Below, piece after piece: positions 1-15,589 of a DNA stretch of 64,000 nucleotides. The notes below the pieces were generated by a model that was not told where the DNA came from, searched no databases, and saw nothing but the letters and a program-made list of their open reading frames with translations. The position numbers and the translations under genes are program-made. Location: NCBI GenBank assembly GCA_964016885.1, contig OZ024740.1:90706001-90770000 (forward strand), given 5' to 3'. The stretch is from Eledone cirrhosa (taxonomy: Eukaryota). Numbering within the stretch: the stretch's first letter is position 1; each line of letters begins with the position of its first letter.

Positions 1-634
1 AACTCTAGTCCCACACTTTTGAAGGTTTATTATAACATTCTGTGGCACTTTTGAGCTTGCGCATTTTTCATGTCTAGTTTAATATTGTTTTAAGGCAACG
101 CTTGTAATAACTCTAGTTAAACAGGATATATATTAATAATAAATTATCGTTGTAATGTAATTAGATTATGTAATTGTTATTATAAATTATCTTATAAATA
201 TTAGTGTAAGATGTATAAAAATATTTTCAGACTTTTAATATAAACAACTACAAAAAACAATCAATATTAAATCAATATATTATACATAATAGAAAACATA
301 AAATATACAATACAAAAACAAAATATTTACATACAATTGCAATTATCAGTGTATATACATTTTCTTTATATTCCCTGAGCAAATTAATAAGATTTGTTTT
401 TATTGTACATAATTTGATGACTTGTTGGAGTGTATTAAAAGATAGCAACAGTTTGTGATTAAATTGTTATCTTAAGCAACTCACTTTTTAATAGTTGTTG
501 GCTGAGCGAAATTGTAAAAGCCTATGAGCAAATATAAAAAAAAATACACAAACAACATTTCCTTGTGTTATTACAACATTAGATAAAATAATTGAGCAAT
601 GTCGTTATATTTTGCTCTTATTGCACATTAATAG

Positions 635-800
635 TGTTTCTATTTTTCGGCACAAATCCATTACGGCAGTCCATTACTGGTACTTTATTTTATCGAATTA
701 GTAAGTATGAAAGTCGAAGTTAACCTCGGCAGGATTTGAACTTAGAATGCAAAGGACCATAACAATACTGCAAAGCATGGTGTCTGACGCTCTACCAATA
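635..800 (-). mobile_element. tRNA-derived SINE, diverged copy
   Basis: Reverse complement aligns with the SINE at 51165-51355 (GTTCAAATCC B box, GAGGTTAACTT, CGATAAAATAAAGTACCAGTAA core). Confidence 0.75.
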
Positions 801-1304
801 CTTGTGTTGAGCTGGTCATTAATTTATGGTGGTCGTGCGTGGAGTAGAGCAATCGCTAGTTGAAATATTATGAACAAAACATTTTTATTTGCCGAAGAAC
901 ATATTTTCAATACTGTTTGTGAATGTGACGAAGGAAATACATTCTGATATGGAACAGTGTACAAAGTGTGTCTGTGAATAACATAATGTTACCTCATGTT
1001 GTTGTCAAGACATAATGGATTTCGTATATCCAGTTAGAAGATGAAACCTAGCCATCTCGGATTAGTTATATTTCATGCCATGTGTAAACGTGTTTGAGGA
1101 TAGCAAAATATGCGTGTTTCTTGTCTGGAAACTTTCTGCTAAACTGATTGGTTTCAGTATATATTTAATATAATATTAATATATTTTGTAATATTATTAA
1201 CTAATTATTATAATTAGCGCTTCAGGCTTTGTCTATATACTGAAACAAATTTGTAAGTCATTACCTAATTAAACTCTTTGCTTGAAATGTTATCATTCTT
1301 CGTT

Positions 1305-1428
<124 letters not shown>

Positions 1429-1784
1429 TCTAGTCCTTCGCTCAAGATTAATCTATAAGTTTAGATGTCTGCCTTCGTTTTAGTAAATATTACAGTAAGA
1501 TTTTTAATATAAACAACTACAAAAAACAATTAATATTAAAACGAAAAAATTATCAATGATAAAAGAAGCGGATGCAACTTTTTTTTTTATAAAGTTATAT
1601 TCCTGTTTCTTTAAAGAACATTTCATTTTTGTTCTATTGTAGGCGAAATAATGCAATGGTTTAATAGGGAAGATATAACTTACGAATTATGTCTCTAACC
1701 GTGTAACGCTTTTTAAGTAGATAACTACAATTGAAAATACTAAAGAAATGGAACCAACAATTCAATTTGAAAGTCGTCTAGTGA

Positions 1785-1836
1785 CAGTGTATTACTGGTA
1801 CTTTATTTTATCGACCCCGTAACGATGAAAGGCAAA
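1785..1836 (-). mobile_element. SINE core fragment
   Basis: cagtgtattactggtactttattttatcgacccc...gatgaaaggcaaa is the reverse complement of the 51165 SINE core. Confidence 0.65.
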
Positions 1837-2921
1837 AATGCAAATGCTTAAAATTTAAATTGCCTTAATTCTATCGTCTGCTGTTTCATTAAAGGGAGAT
1901 TCTCGTCTGTATTTAATTCTATCGTCTACTGTTCCACTAAACAGATATACCTCCACTATCGTCTCTATTTATACATTTTAACTTATAACTTATACACATT
2001 TGATTTGAAATATTTTATCTAGTCCCCCCTCTCAATATTATGATGATTTCTTTCGAATGAAACAGTTCTAGTCCTGTAGAAGCCATTTATATATATAATT
2101 GAACTGAGTTAAAAATTCACAATATTTATAATTAAATAAGCTCATATATATATATGTGTGTATTTATCTGTTTATTGTATTATATATAATGTGTGTATAT
2201 ACAGGATGTCCCCCAAAAATATATACACACTTCAACAGCATTCTAATAACTATTGCCTGTACAGGTAATCAAAGTGTCAATCGAATGTTAGTTTCGTGTT
2301 TTAACAGTACAAATTTACAATACACACATAAAACCAGTGTATATACATACATGAGTGTGTATACACATACATGAATGTGTATATACAATATATATGTATA
2401 TATATATATATAGACACATATATTCACGGTGCAACGGTACATTAAAATATAGATGCGGGAGAGGGGGGGTATATATAGGGGCGCTGGGGATAAAGGAGTG
2501 TAAAGCGTGTGTAATTGATATATTGGCGAGGAGCGTGCAGCGATAGAGTAACAAATATATAGAGAGGGGGAGAGATGGTATTGAAGGGGAGGAGTGCAAA
2601 GCGAAAGAGTAAGAGATATAAATAGAGACGGAACAGATAGAGAGAAACAGGCGTAAGTAACAGTGGAAGAGATATAGAGAGAGGTACTCTGATTGGTTGA
2701 AAATTAGCCAATGATATACGATCACCACCACCACGGCTATCCCCGAAAAATGTTTAGAGAAGCTAGGCATATATGTTAGAACACGAAAAGTGAACATTCT
2801 GTTGTTTCACACTTTTCGTGTTCTAACAGATATACATACATACGCGCGCTCATATATATACGCCCAACCTTCTATACATTTAAATATATATATATATATA
2901 TATTTATATACACAACCTCAT

Positions 2922-2973
<52 letters not shown>

Positions 2974-3089
2974 TGAAACAAAATGAAAGCGAAATTTCAT
3001 TTCTCACTCTTAGTATGGCACTTACTTAAATGTAAGTATGCATGTATACGTACATACATATATGTATACAGACGTACAGTAGCATGCAC

Positions 3090-3122
<33 letters not shown>

Positions 3123-3280
3123 CATATGCATACAGGTACACATACATATATGCACGTATCAGTTTAGCGGCGCTTATTATAACGTCGCTTTGTTCGTTTG
3201 TAAACAAACTGAACAGCCTGAATTTATGCCATACGGTGTTAAGGCAACCACGTCACCTTTTTGTTCAACACTGACACAGG

Positions 3281-3325
3281 AACGATGTACTAGTTTCAAG
3301 CTTGTTAGCTATCATCAGCACCGTT
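3281..3325 (-). ncRNA. Minimal hammerhead ribozyme (inverted-arm copy)
   Basis: Exact reverse complement of 3840-3884. Confidence 0.75.
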
Positions 3326-3568
3326 TACCCATCTGCCAGATAGTTGAACGTTCGAAAGTATATACTTTCCTTATGAAAGCTAACAGCTTGAAACTAGTAC
3401 ATCGTTCCTGTGTCAGTGTTGAACAAAAAGGTGACGTGGTTGCCTTAACACCGTATGGCATAAATTCAGGCTGTTCAGTTTGTTTACAAACGAACAAAGC
3501 GACGTTATAATAAGCGCCGCTAAACTGATACGTGCATATATATGTGTACCTGTATGCATATGTATATA

Positions 3569-3602
<34 letters not shown>

Positions 3603-3839
3603 CATGCTACTGTACGTCTGTATACATATATGTATGTACGTATACATGCATACTTACATTTAAGTAAGTGCCATACTAAGAGTGAGAAATGAAATTTCGC
3701 TTTCATTTTGTTTCAATTTATCGTTTTCGGTATGCATGACCGATTTAACTCACTCAATATGCAAATTAGGCTGCTCAGCCGTTAATTTTCATAAGGAAAG
3801 TATATACTTTCGAACGTTCAACTATCTGGCAGATGGGTA

Positions 3840-3884
3840 AACGGTGCTGATGATAGCTAACAAGCTTGAAACTAGTACATCGTT
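3840..3884 (+). ncRNA. Minimal type I hammerhead ribozyme
   Basis: AACGGTG-CTGATGA-t-AGCT aaca AGCT-t-GAAA-CTAG-TA-CATCGTT. Stem I is 7 bp with one G-U, the core is intact, and stem III is the palindrome ACTAGT. Confidence 0.8.
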
Positions 3885-4514
3885 CCTGTGTCAGTGTTGA
3901 ACAAAAAGGTGACGTGGTTGCCTTAACACCGTATGGCATAAATTCAGGCTGTTCAGTTTGTTTACAAACGAACAAAGCGACGTTATAATACGCGCCGCTA
4001 AACTGATACGTGCATATATGTATGTGTACCTGTATGAATATGTATATATATATGTATATATATATATATATGTGCATGCTACTGTACGTCTGTATACATA
4101 TATGTATGTACGTATACATGCATACTTACATTTAAGTAAGTGCCATACTAAGAGTGAGAAATGAAATTTCGCTTTCATTTTGTTTCAATTTATCGTTTTC
4201 GGTATGACTGACCGATTTAACTCACTCAATATGCAAATTAGGCTGCTCAGCCGTTAATTTTCATAAGGAAAGTATATACTTTCGAACGTTCAACTATCTG
4301 GCAGATGGGTAAACGGTGCTGATGATAGCTAACAAGCTTGAAACTAGTTCTATCTCGTTCTATCTCTATTTATATATTTATATATCTATCAATCTATATA
4401 TATATATATATTTCGCTAACCCATCACTTATATATATAGTTCTCTAAACCATCACTTCATATAAGTAGGCCGAATTACTTGCAAACCGCCAGAGATTCGA
4501 TTTTACTGATTCCC

Positions 4515-4573
<59 letters not shown>

Positions 4574-4577
4574 TAGT

Positions 4578-5520
4578 TATAATTATCTCCAAATTATTTT
4601 GTTGAGCAACAATTTGCCAAATCTGCTGCTATAGTTCATAGTAATAGTTCGGCTGCTGTCTTCTTAACACACCACTCCTCACAGATTAACCTCGATGTCA
4701 CGTGTTTGATTCTTTTGAATTTGCCACCGACCAGGTAGGCAGTGATTTTTTTCAATACCGTAGAACTTAGTCCACGCTTTCCTTTTTTCCATCCACCGAA
4801 TTATTTTTGTATAAGTTTCCTGTGTCCACGCATTGCCTGGGAACTTAGCTGAAAATAGACTTCCCTGATGACGAAAGTATTTCTCCATGTTGTCCATTAG
4901 GAAACCATGTTTATTCCCTTTCAGAAACTAATAAGTTGGAGTGAAATTTTAGTAAGCAAGTTAATTTTTATAATTTTCTTATTTTACGTCTTTTATATTA
5001 TTGTTCTGCATCCCCTTGCATTGAACCACAAAGTTACTTAGACAAAACCTATATATTTTCTAGCATATGTATGCATATGTATATATATGTTGGTAGATAT
5101 ACTATTTCTTTATAATTACCTCCAAATTATTTTGTTGAGCAAAAATTTGCCAAAACTGCTGCTATGGTTCATAGTAATGGTTCGGCTGCTGTCTTCTTAA
5201 CACACCACTCCTCACTGATTAAACTCGATGTCACGTGATTGATTCTTTTGAATTTGCCACCTAACCAAGTAGTAAGTGATTTTTTAAATGTCATGGAACT
5301 TAGCCCACGCTTTGCTTTTTTCCATCCACTGAATTATTTTTGTATAAGTTCCCTGTGTCCACGCATTGCCTGGGAACTTAGCTGAGAATAGACTTCCCTG
5401 ATGACGAAAGGATTTCTCCATGCTGTTCCATTCAGAAAACATGTTTATTCCCTATCAGAAACTAACTAGTTGGAGTGAAATTTTAGAAAGTAAGTTAAAT
5501 TTTATAATTTTCTCATGTTA
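4578..5520. repeat. Tandem duplication of a ~410-bp unique-looking segment
   Basis: 4578-4985 aligns with 5111-5520 with scattered substitutions. (TA)n tracts lie on both sides. Confidence 0.85.
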
Positions 5521-5530
5521 CCTTCTTTCA

Positions 5531-5646
<116 letters not shown>

Positions 5647-5855
5647 GGTATTTTTTTATATATATATGTTTTATATTTATTTGCGTGTGTGAATATGTAG
5701 AGGTGTGTATATATTTCTAATTGTGTACATGCATACGTACGCATTTATGTATGTGTATGTATGTGCGTGTGTATATAGTTATGATTGTGTGCTTGTATGT
5801 ATGTATGTATATGTATGTGTGTATGGCTATGTTTGTGTATGTGCATGCATGTATG

Positions 5856-5928
<73 letters not shown>

Positions 5929-6194
5929 ATATATGTGTGTGTGGTTGTATATATGTATGTGTATGTATGGATGTGTTGATATCTATGTGCGTATGTATGT
6001 ATGTGTATATGTATGTGTATGTGTGTATTTATATACACATATATATATGTGTATATGTGTGTGTGTGTATGTATGAGTGTATGTATATATATATATATAT
6101 ATATAGTAGTAGTAAATTTGAAGACTAAAATCCAAAGAGTGCTCGATACGGATAATAAATATATCAAATATATAGTAACCCTAGAGCAAATATT

Positions 6195-6253
6195 TATTAA
6201 AATAACAGATTAAAGTTTAAGCAAATAATTGCTGCTTAAACTTTAATCTGTTA

Positions 6254-6261
<8 letters not shown>
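6195..6261. repeat. Perfect 29-bp fold-back ending at (TA)n
   Basis: tattaaaataacagattaaagtttaagca - 9 nt - tgcttaaactttaatctgttattttaata. Confidence 0.85.
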
Positions 6262-6348
<87 letters not shown>

Positions 6349-6452
6349 GTATATATGTATATATATATATATGTATATATGTATATATATTCATATATAC
6401 ATATATGTGTGTGTGTATATATATACAATAACATATTAAATGTTAAGCACCG

Positions 6453-6533
<81 letters not shown>

Positions 6534-6537
<4 letters not shown>

Positions 6538-7255
6538 AGTATGTATGTATACGTACATACATATATGTATACAGACGTACAGTAGCATGTATATATATAT
6601 ATATACATACATGCAGGTACACATACGTATATGCACGCATCAGTTTAGCAGACGCTTATTATAGCGCTGCTTTGTTCGTTTGTCAACAAACTGAACAGCC
6701 TGAATTTATGCCATACGGTGTTAAGGCAACCACGTCACCTTTTTGTTTAACACTGACACAGGAACAATGTACTAGTTTCAAGCTTGTTAGCTATCATCAG
6801 CACCGTTTACCTATCTGCCAGATAGTTGAACGTTCGAAAGTATATACTTTCCTTATGAAAATTAACGGCTGAGCAGCCTAATTTGCATATTGAGTGAGTT
6901 AAATCGGTCAGGCATACCGAAAACGATAAGTTGAAAAAAATGAAAACGAAAAACGATATTTCATTTCTCACTCTTAGTATGGCACTTACTTAAATGTAAG
7001 TATGTATGTATACGTACATACATATATGTATACAGACGTACAGTAGCATGTATATATATATATATATATACATACATACATGCAGGTACACATACATATA
7101 TGCACGCATCAGTTTAGCAGACGCTTATTATAGCGCTGCTTTGTTCGTTTGTCAACAAACTGAACAGCCTGAATTTATGCCATACGGCGTTAAGGCAACC
7201 ACGTCACCTTTTTGTTCAACACTGACACAGGAACGATGTACTAGTTTCAAGCTTG

Positions 7256-7258
<3 letters not shown>
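6534..7258 (-). mobile_element. Second locus of the ~470-bp ribozyme repeat (about 1.5 units)
   Basis: Aligns with 2971-4348. Full ribozyme at 6763-6807, partial one at 7232-7258. Both ends lie in (TA)n. Confidence 0.8.
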
Positions 7259-7339
<81 letters not shown>

Positions 7340-8058
7340 GTATTTATATATATATATATCTACATATAATAAAATGCAAATGTGGTCGTCGCTAGCTCAT
7401 CATGTTATGTTGTATTAATAAACAAAATACTGTCATCATATTATAGTTCACATTGTAATATAACATGTATTAATTTATCAAATGTTTAAGTAATCATGCA
7501 CCTCTCAAATTGTATTAATGTAAAATATAAAATAATATAGATACATCTGAGAATATTAAAAATGATTTACCACATAATTTTGTAAATGAACTTTCAGAAA
7601 AATCTGATATACTGTAAATGGCGGTATGTATCTTGCATTATGTGGAGTCCAATGCTTTTACAATACTAGCAATAACTCCAAATCCTATTGATACAGTATG
7701 GGAAAATATAGTGACTGGCATTCGAAATAAATGTCTTTGTAGCTGTCACTTAGTTTACATATAGTCAGATAAATAGACTACTTTATAGTTTATAGCCATT
7801 ACAAAAGCTCTTATATTACTGCACCTCTATATAGAGAAAATAGAATACCAAATATACATGGCCACACAGACACATTTAGGGGTAGACACATATACATATC
7901 ACTACGCATATCTCATTATATATATACTTAAGTGTACAAACTCCTACGTACAGGTTTTTTAAAAATTATTGTTAGTGTAGCAGGAAAATATTCATATCTA
8001 AATGCTGAAATCTATTTGCTCGCATATTGAAACAAAATATATTAAGCATTGACATACA

Positions 8059-10078
<2,020 letters not shown>

Positions 10079-10368
10079 GTGTCTGTGTGTGTGTCTACAT
10101 GTGTGATTGTGAGTAATAAAAACAGGAAATGGAAACACTGAATGGGATTCAATAACATATATTTCAACATAAATGTGTTATTGTTTTCTATTATACTCGC
10201 TATGGAAATTGAGTAGCGCACTGAAGATGAAAACCGTCGCCTCCAGTGCCATTTATCTACAAAGTTATTGCCATATTTGTTTGTGTTATCCATTTTCGTA
10301 TAAGCAATAAGCAACATATTAAATATGTACATCAAATGTTTATAACATTCTCATTCCCTTTTTCTTAG

Positions 10369-10489
10369 ATATATGCGATGTATTGGAATGCGCCTTAATT
10401 TTGATTCTGTAATGTGTTTGATCATACACTGTACACTTCACATCAATGAGGATTGCTACTCATCTACACTGAAACTCATCGATTCTTCA
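10369..10489 (+). other. Candidate host exon (121 nt), unverified
   Basis: Pyrimidine tract plus TAG acceptor, open frame YMRCIGMRLNFDSVMCLIIHCTLHINEDCYSSTLKLIDSS, GTATGT donor. No homology recognised. Confidence 0.22.
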
Positions 10490-10644
10490 GTATGTTAAAA
10501 CATGTTTTTCACATTAAATTACCTTGAAGAATAATAAACATATAGGTCACTATTATATATATACACACACACACACACACACATACACACACAGACACAC
10601 ACACACAGACACACAAACACACACACATATATATATATATATAT

Positions 10645-12963
10645 AAGAGAGTATTTTAGTCTGCTTGAAGCATTGTGGAATAGTAAGTTTTATTCAGTTT
10701 GTCATTTTGGAAGCCTCAACAATGCAGCTGGGTAAATCTCCGGGTAACAGAATCCGGTGGTGAAGAGATGGATGTAAGGGATATATAATGAGATGTATAG
10801 TGTGTAGAGGAACGTAGGAAAGATCGTAAAAATAAAAATAATAACACGAGATAAAGTTACCTTGAGATGAATTTAATTGTCCCTATATTTCGGATTCGCA
10901 TCCATCAACTGGGTGGTTTTCCGGGGGTGGGGGTGGGGGGTTAAATGTCGGAGAAGAACGGTACGTGTCCTCTGCTGTCCGCTGTTTGTGACTAAGTGAG
11001 CTATTCTGTAAAGCGCACATGCGCGCGGAATAGGTGCGGTGAAGCAAAGGTCGAAGCAGTTATATTTATTGTGGGGGTGGGATGGCGTTAGCTGTCAATA
11101 TATTGTACTATCTATATGTACTGGTTGTTGGTACTAGCAGTGTAGTATAGTAGTATTGTAGAAGTCTGTCAGGTGGCTTGTTGGTCGCTAGAGGCGTTGC
11201 TAAACACACAATAGCAATCGTTCGAAGGCCATTCTGTGTGTGAGTGCGTGTGTTGTTGTCTCGTTTGTTTATACCAGCCACCTTATCTCGCTTCTCTCTG
11301 ATCGGTTATTTATTTGTGGCCCTAGGCGTTTGATCCACAGTGCTTCCTTGATTCTTATCGTGCAAACGTTGCGTTCTGTCGCTAGCACCATGACAATAGG
11401 CCCCCCGTCTTTGTTTCTGCATTTGGTTATGTGTTTCCAGAAAGTCGAGGCCTTGGTGTTGATGGGTTCCTTGATCCGGATATGTAGCGGTCGGATTGTG
11501 CTACAAAATATAGTAGTGGTAGCACTTGTCACATTCGACCTTGTATACACCATATGTGCGTAGGCCACAGTTCGTATGGCACATCGGACAGTTTCTGAGG
11601 TAACACGCGTCCGTCGATTTCACGGGTTTACTGGAGAAGCATCTCCGCAGGGAGGGGCACGAGTGGGCCAGGTGGTTGTCTAGGCCCTCTCTACGTATAG
11701 CGCGGCGGAAAGTGTTGGTGGTTTTCTCGCCCAGGTGTGGTATTTTAAGGAATCACTTGCCTTGGGTGTTTATCTGCCTCTTGCGTCTGTTGTCTCTTAC
11801 TCTGTTTGTGAGCGAGGATGTGTATCTGTTCGTCTCCAGCACTTTGAGAAGTCGCTTGGTGAGGGTGACACCACTCACGGGATCCCTGCATCTGTTTTTA
11901 ATTCGCGCGATCTCGTTCGTGATACACCCTCTTTTAGCACCGCTGAGGATGGCAGACTTGTAGTGGACGAACAATTCCCTGCAGGCTGCATTGCGGTAGA
12001 AGTTGGAGTGGATCCCTCCCTGCTCTGTGATGTTGATTCAGAAGTCTGCCGTCCCTAACATTGCTAAAAGAGGGTATATCACGAACGAGATCGCGCGCAG
12101 TAAAAACAGATGCAGCGATTCAGTGTGTGGTGTCACCCACACCAATCGATTCCTCAAAGTGCAGGAGACGAACGGATACCCAGCCTCGCTTACAAACAGA
12201 GTAAGAGACACCAAACTCAAGAGGCAGATAAACACCCAAGGCAAGTGCTTCCTTAAAATACAACACCTGGGCGAGAAAACCACCAACGCTATCCGCAGGC
12301 CTATACGGAGAGAGGGCCTCGACACCCACCTGGCTCACTCGGACCCCTCCCTGCGGAGAGCCCATCCAGGAAACCCGGGAAATCGACTGACGCGTGTTCC
12401 CTCAGAAACTGTCCGATGCGCCATACGAACTGTTGCCTACGCACATATGATATATACAAGGTCGAATGTGAAAAGTACAACCACTACTATATCGGTAGCA
12501 CAATCCGAGCGCTACATATCCGGATCAAGAAGTACATCAACACCAGGGCCTCGTCTTTCCGGAAACTCATAACCAAATGCGGAAACAAAGACGGATGGCC
12601 CATTGTCACAGTGCTAGCGACATAACGCAACGTCGGCACTTTACGAATCAAGGAAACACTGTGGATCTAACGCTAGGTGCCACAAAGAAATAACCGATCC
12701 GAGAGAAGCGAGATGAGGTGGCTGGTATAAACAAACGGGACAACACGACACGCACACACATACAGTGGCCTTCGAACGATTGTTATTGTGCGTTTAGCAA
12801 CGCCTGCACCGACCAACAAGAGACCAGCCAAACTACTACCATACTACTATACTACACTGCTAGTACCAACAACCAGTACATATAGATAGTACAATAGATT
12901 GACAGCTAACGCCATCCCACTCCCACAATAATAAAAGAACTGCTTCGACCTTTGCTTGACCGC
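10645..12963. mobile_element. Penelope-like element remnant, head-to-head inverted pair (RT thumb, GIY-YIG, pLTR)
   Basis: 11035-11960 is inverted against 12043-12963. Peptides ELFVHYKSAI, IYKVECEKYNHYYIGSTIRALHIRIK and RIKEALWIKRLGPQINNR are homologous to the 42-45 kb element. The minus-strand end shares cacaATGCTTCAAG with that element. Confidence 0.88.
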
Positions 12964-12972
12964 ATTTTTTCC

Positions 12973-13071
12973 AAAAATTCTTGGTCAAAACACTTTTGAT
13001 TGGTCGGTAGAGGTCATGTGGATAAAAAATTGGTTTTGCGCCAAGATCGAGAAATGACTCTTTCACAACAA

Positions 13072-13133
<62 letters not shown>

Positions 13134-13465
13134 TAGTAGTAGTAGTAAGGTGTTCGATGCTGCGACAATGGCCAGCAGCGATGTGTGTCACATGGCTATT
13201 AAGATAAGTGTGTGTGTGTGTGTGAGTCATTTCTCAATCTTGGCGCAAAACCAATTTGTTATCCATATGACCTCTACCGACCAATCAAAATTGTTTTGAC
13301 CAAGAATTTTTGCTGGAGCCACTTTTTTAACATAAAAACAGTCTTGGCGCAAAATCAACTTTTTACATTCACATGACCTCTACCGACCAATCAAAATTGT
13401 TTTGACCACAAGCATTTTTGCAACACAAAAATAATGCTGGAGCCACTTTTTTAACATAAAAACAG
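12973..13465. repeat. ~88-bp inverted repeats around (TG)n plus a partial tandem copy (MITE- or Helentron-derivative-like)
   Basis: 12973-13060 is the reverse complement of 13224-13311. 13343-13465 repeats parts of the right arm. Confidence 0.6.
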
Positions 13466-15589
13466 TTAGAATTCCCAAAACTAATCAGATCAGAGCAAAC
13501 AGCACGGACACTCTATCTCAAAATATTTTTTGAAAAGCATTTAGAAATTCGCAAGCGGTAAAAACTTAAAAACTTAAAACCACAACTGAATACTAACCCA
13601 TACAATCACTAATACTCTTTTATTCCTAATTAAACCATTTTTCAACTGTGAACAATTTGTCAGCATTTTCTATTCCGTTTACCAATATATAATAACTTGT
13701 GTGTTACACCTCTATTCTTTTATCTATATATATATATATATATATAGGTATGTGTGTGTATTTGTGTGTGTGCGTGCGTGCATGTGTGTGTGTATGTGTT
13801 ATGAATATGTTTACAAAGATGTACTGCAAATATGTTCAACAAGCGGTTTCTTTCATTAAACTACTATCATTTTTTTTCTTTTGATACGGTAATACATTTG
13901 CGCTTGGATTTCAGTCGAGGGATGTAATTGCACGGCAACATGCATCACATATAAATACACTGACGACATATCAGAAATCCATGTTATGTTAATATATACA
14001 TAAATACACATATATATATATATATAAACACTCACACACAGGGATATACACATATAGACGCACTGAAACACACACACACACACACGCACACACACACACA
14101 CACGCACACATACACACACACATACACTCACACGTACATACACACTGAGACACACAAACACACACATATATATATGTGTGTCTGTGTGTGTGTGTGCGCG
14201 TGTGCATGTGTGACTACACATGTTTCCATCTTTGTCCCAATCCTCTCTTTCCGAAACCACCATATCAATTGTACACTACGACTTTTCAACTCCCTTTCTG
14301 TTTCCCCACCACGCCTTGACATCAACTGTCATTACAATGAAGTTCATCAGGATGAATTTCTGCGCGCTCTCAATCATAGAGTCTCCGATCATCTTCTCGT
14401 TGGTGATCATGCTGTCACACAATTTTGGGTACCCATAGGCATCAGAAAGTGCCGTAACTACGCTAGTTTCTTTATTCACTATGCTGAGGCCTAGATATTC
14501 TCCCAATACACTTGACCTATTTCTGATGAATATAGTCGACGATTTTATCGGTCACCCTTGACTAGCTTGATTGTGTTTTCGCCATTTTCTGAGCCTTTTA
14601 ATTCAAAATTAATCTTCGATTCTTCCGCCCTCTTCCTTTGTATCTGGCTCACTCCGTTGGTCTTAATCTCTCGAACTCCGTCATCTCTAAACCCATTATT
14701 TCTCACTTCAATAACCTCTAAACGTCTTCCATATGCATCCACACCAAACTATTTATTCTCTTGTCCCAATTCACCTTTCTTTTGTGGCTCTCCAGCCAAG
14801 AACATGATTTTGCCACTATGTATTAATACACGAACTCTTTTAGCGTGGATACGCCCCCAAGGTGATATAAATTGCCCTTCCACGTGCATATGAAATTGAG
14901 AGCACCAGACACCTCGAAAACCGTGACCAACCTGAAATACCTACCGTCCTTTACTCCGCGCCTCCCACTCTCGTACAACATTAGGCTACATTGTCGTATA
15001 TGCGTTGCATCGGAACACTCGTTTCTGAATAGGACTCCTTTAGTTTTTCCAAACTTGCACATCAGTCCATTTAAGTGCACATGAAATCACTGGTGCTATT
15101 TAACATAAAGTCCTTCCGTCCGCTTTCTCATCCTTTCCATAGTATCCACTCTGTTAAGTGTCCATATTCACGTCCCTCACATGTACAAAAACCCATTTGT
15201 AAATCTTCAACATGCAACTCCACCAACGTTATCAATGCCATTCGGCATATCATTTGTAGATCTAAACATCGAAAAAAGAGAGGTCTTCGGGTAAATCGAT
15301 TAGGAGATCTGTTGAAAATATACGAGTTGGCGTAGACAACACCAACGCTAAACGTTTCCGTTGCTCTAATCACTCTTCTGAAACACAACTTTGCCTGATG
15401 CATCATTATATATCACTGTTCCACAGCCACTCACAAGCAGGCCCGAGCAGATTTTTATTTTCATTTTATAGAACTAGTTTCCGAAATTGCCTTAATTATC
15501 CACCACTGTTACTATATGCTCGAATGCTATTATGTGGTTCTTGCTACAATTGTCTCTTTCGAGAATCCATAAATCTCATGATTTTTCAA

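Larger units (their letters stand above)
2971..4348. mobile_element. Non-coding hammerhead-ribozyme repeat (retrozyme-like or non-autonomous PLE): one inverted arm plus tandem 472-bp units
   Basis: 2971-3378 is an inverted copy of the unit repeated in 3379-4348. Ribozyme copies start at 3841 and 4313 (period 472). The left end abuts (TA)n. Confidence 0.8.

Noticed and set aside
930-1150. Cys-rich peptide remnants (CTKCVC...SCCC, CVNVF...C)
   Set aside because: Interrupted by stops, with no clear splice or start signals, so no family can be supported.
2983-3510. Repeated 175-aa ORF family (MKAKFHFSLL...)
   Set aside because: It reads through an inversion junction and microsatellite, and frames differ between copies. 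The unit is better explained as a non-coding ribozyme repeat.
4865-4890. CTGATGA-C-GAAA as a hammerhead (also near 5398)
   Set aside because: There is no stem II and no convincing stem I or III.
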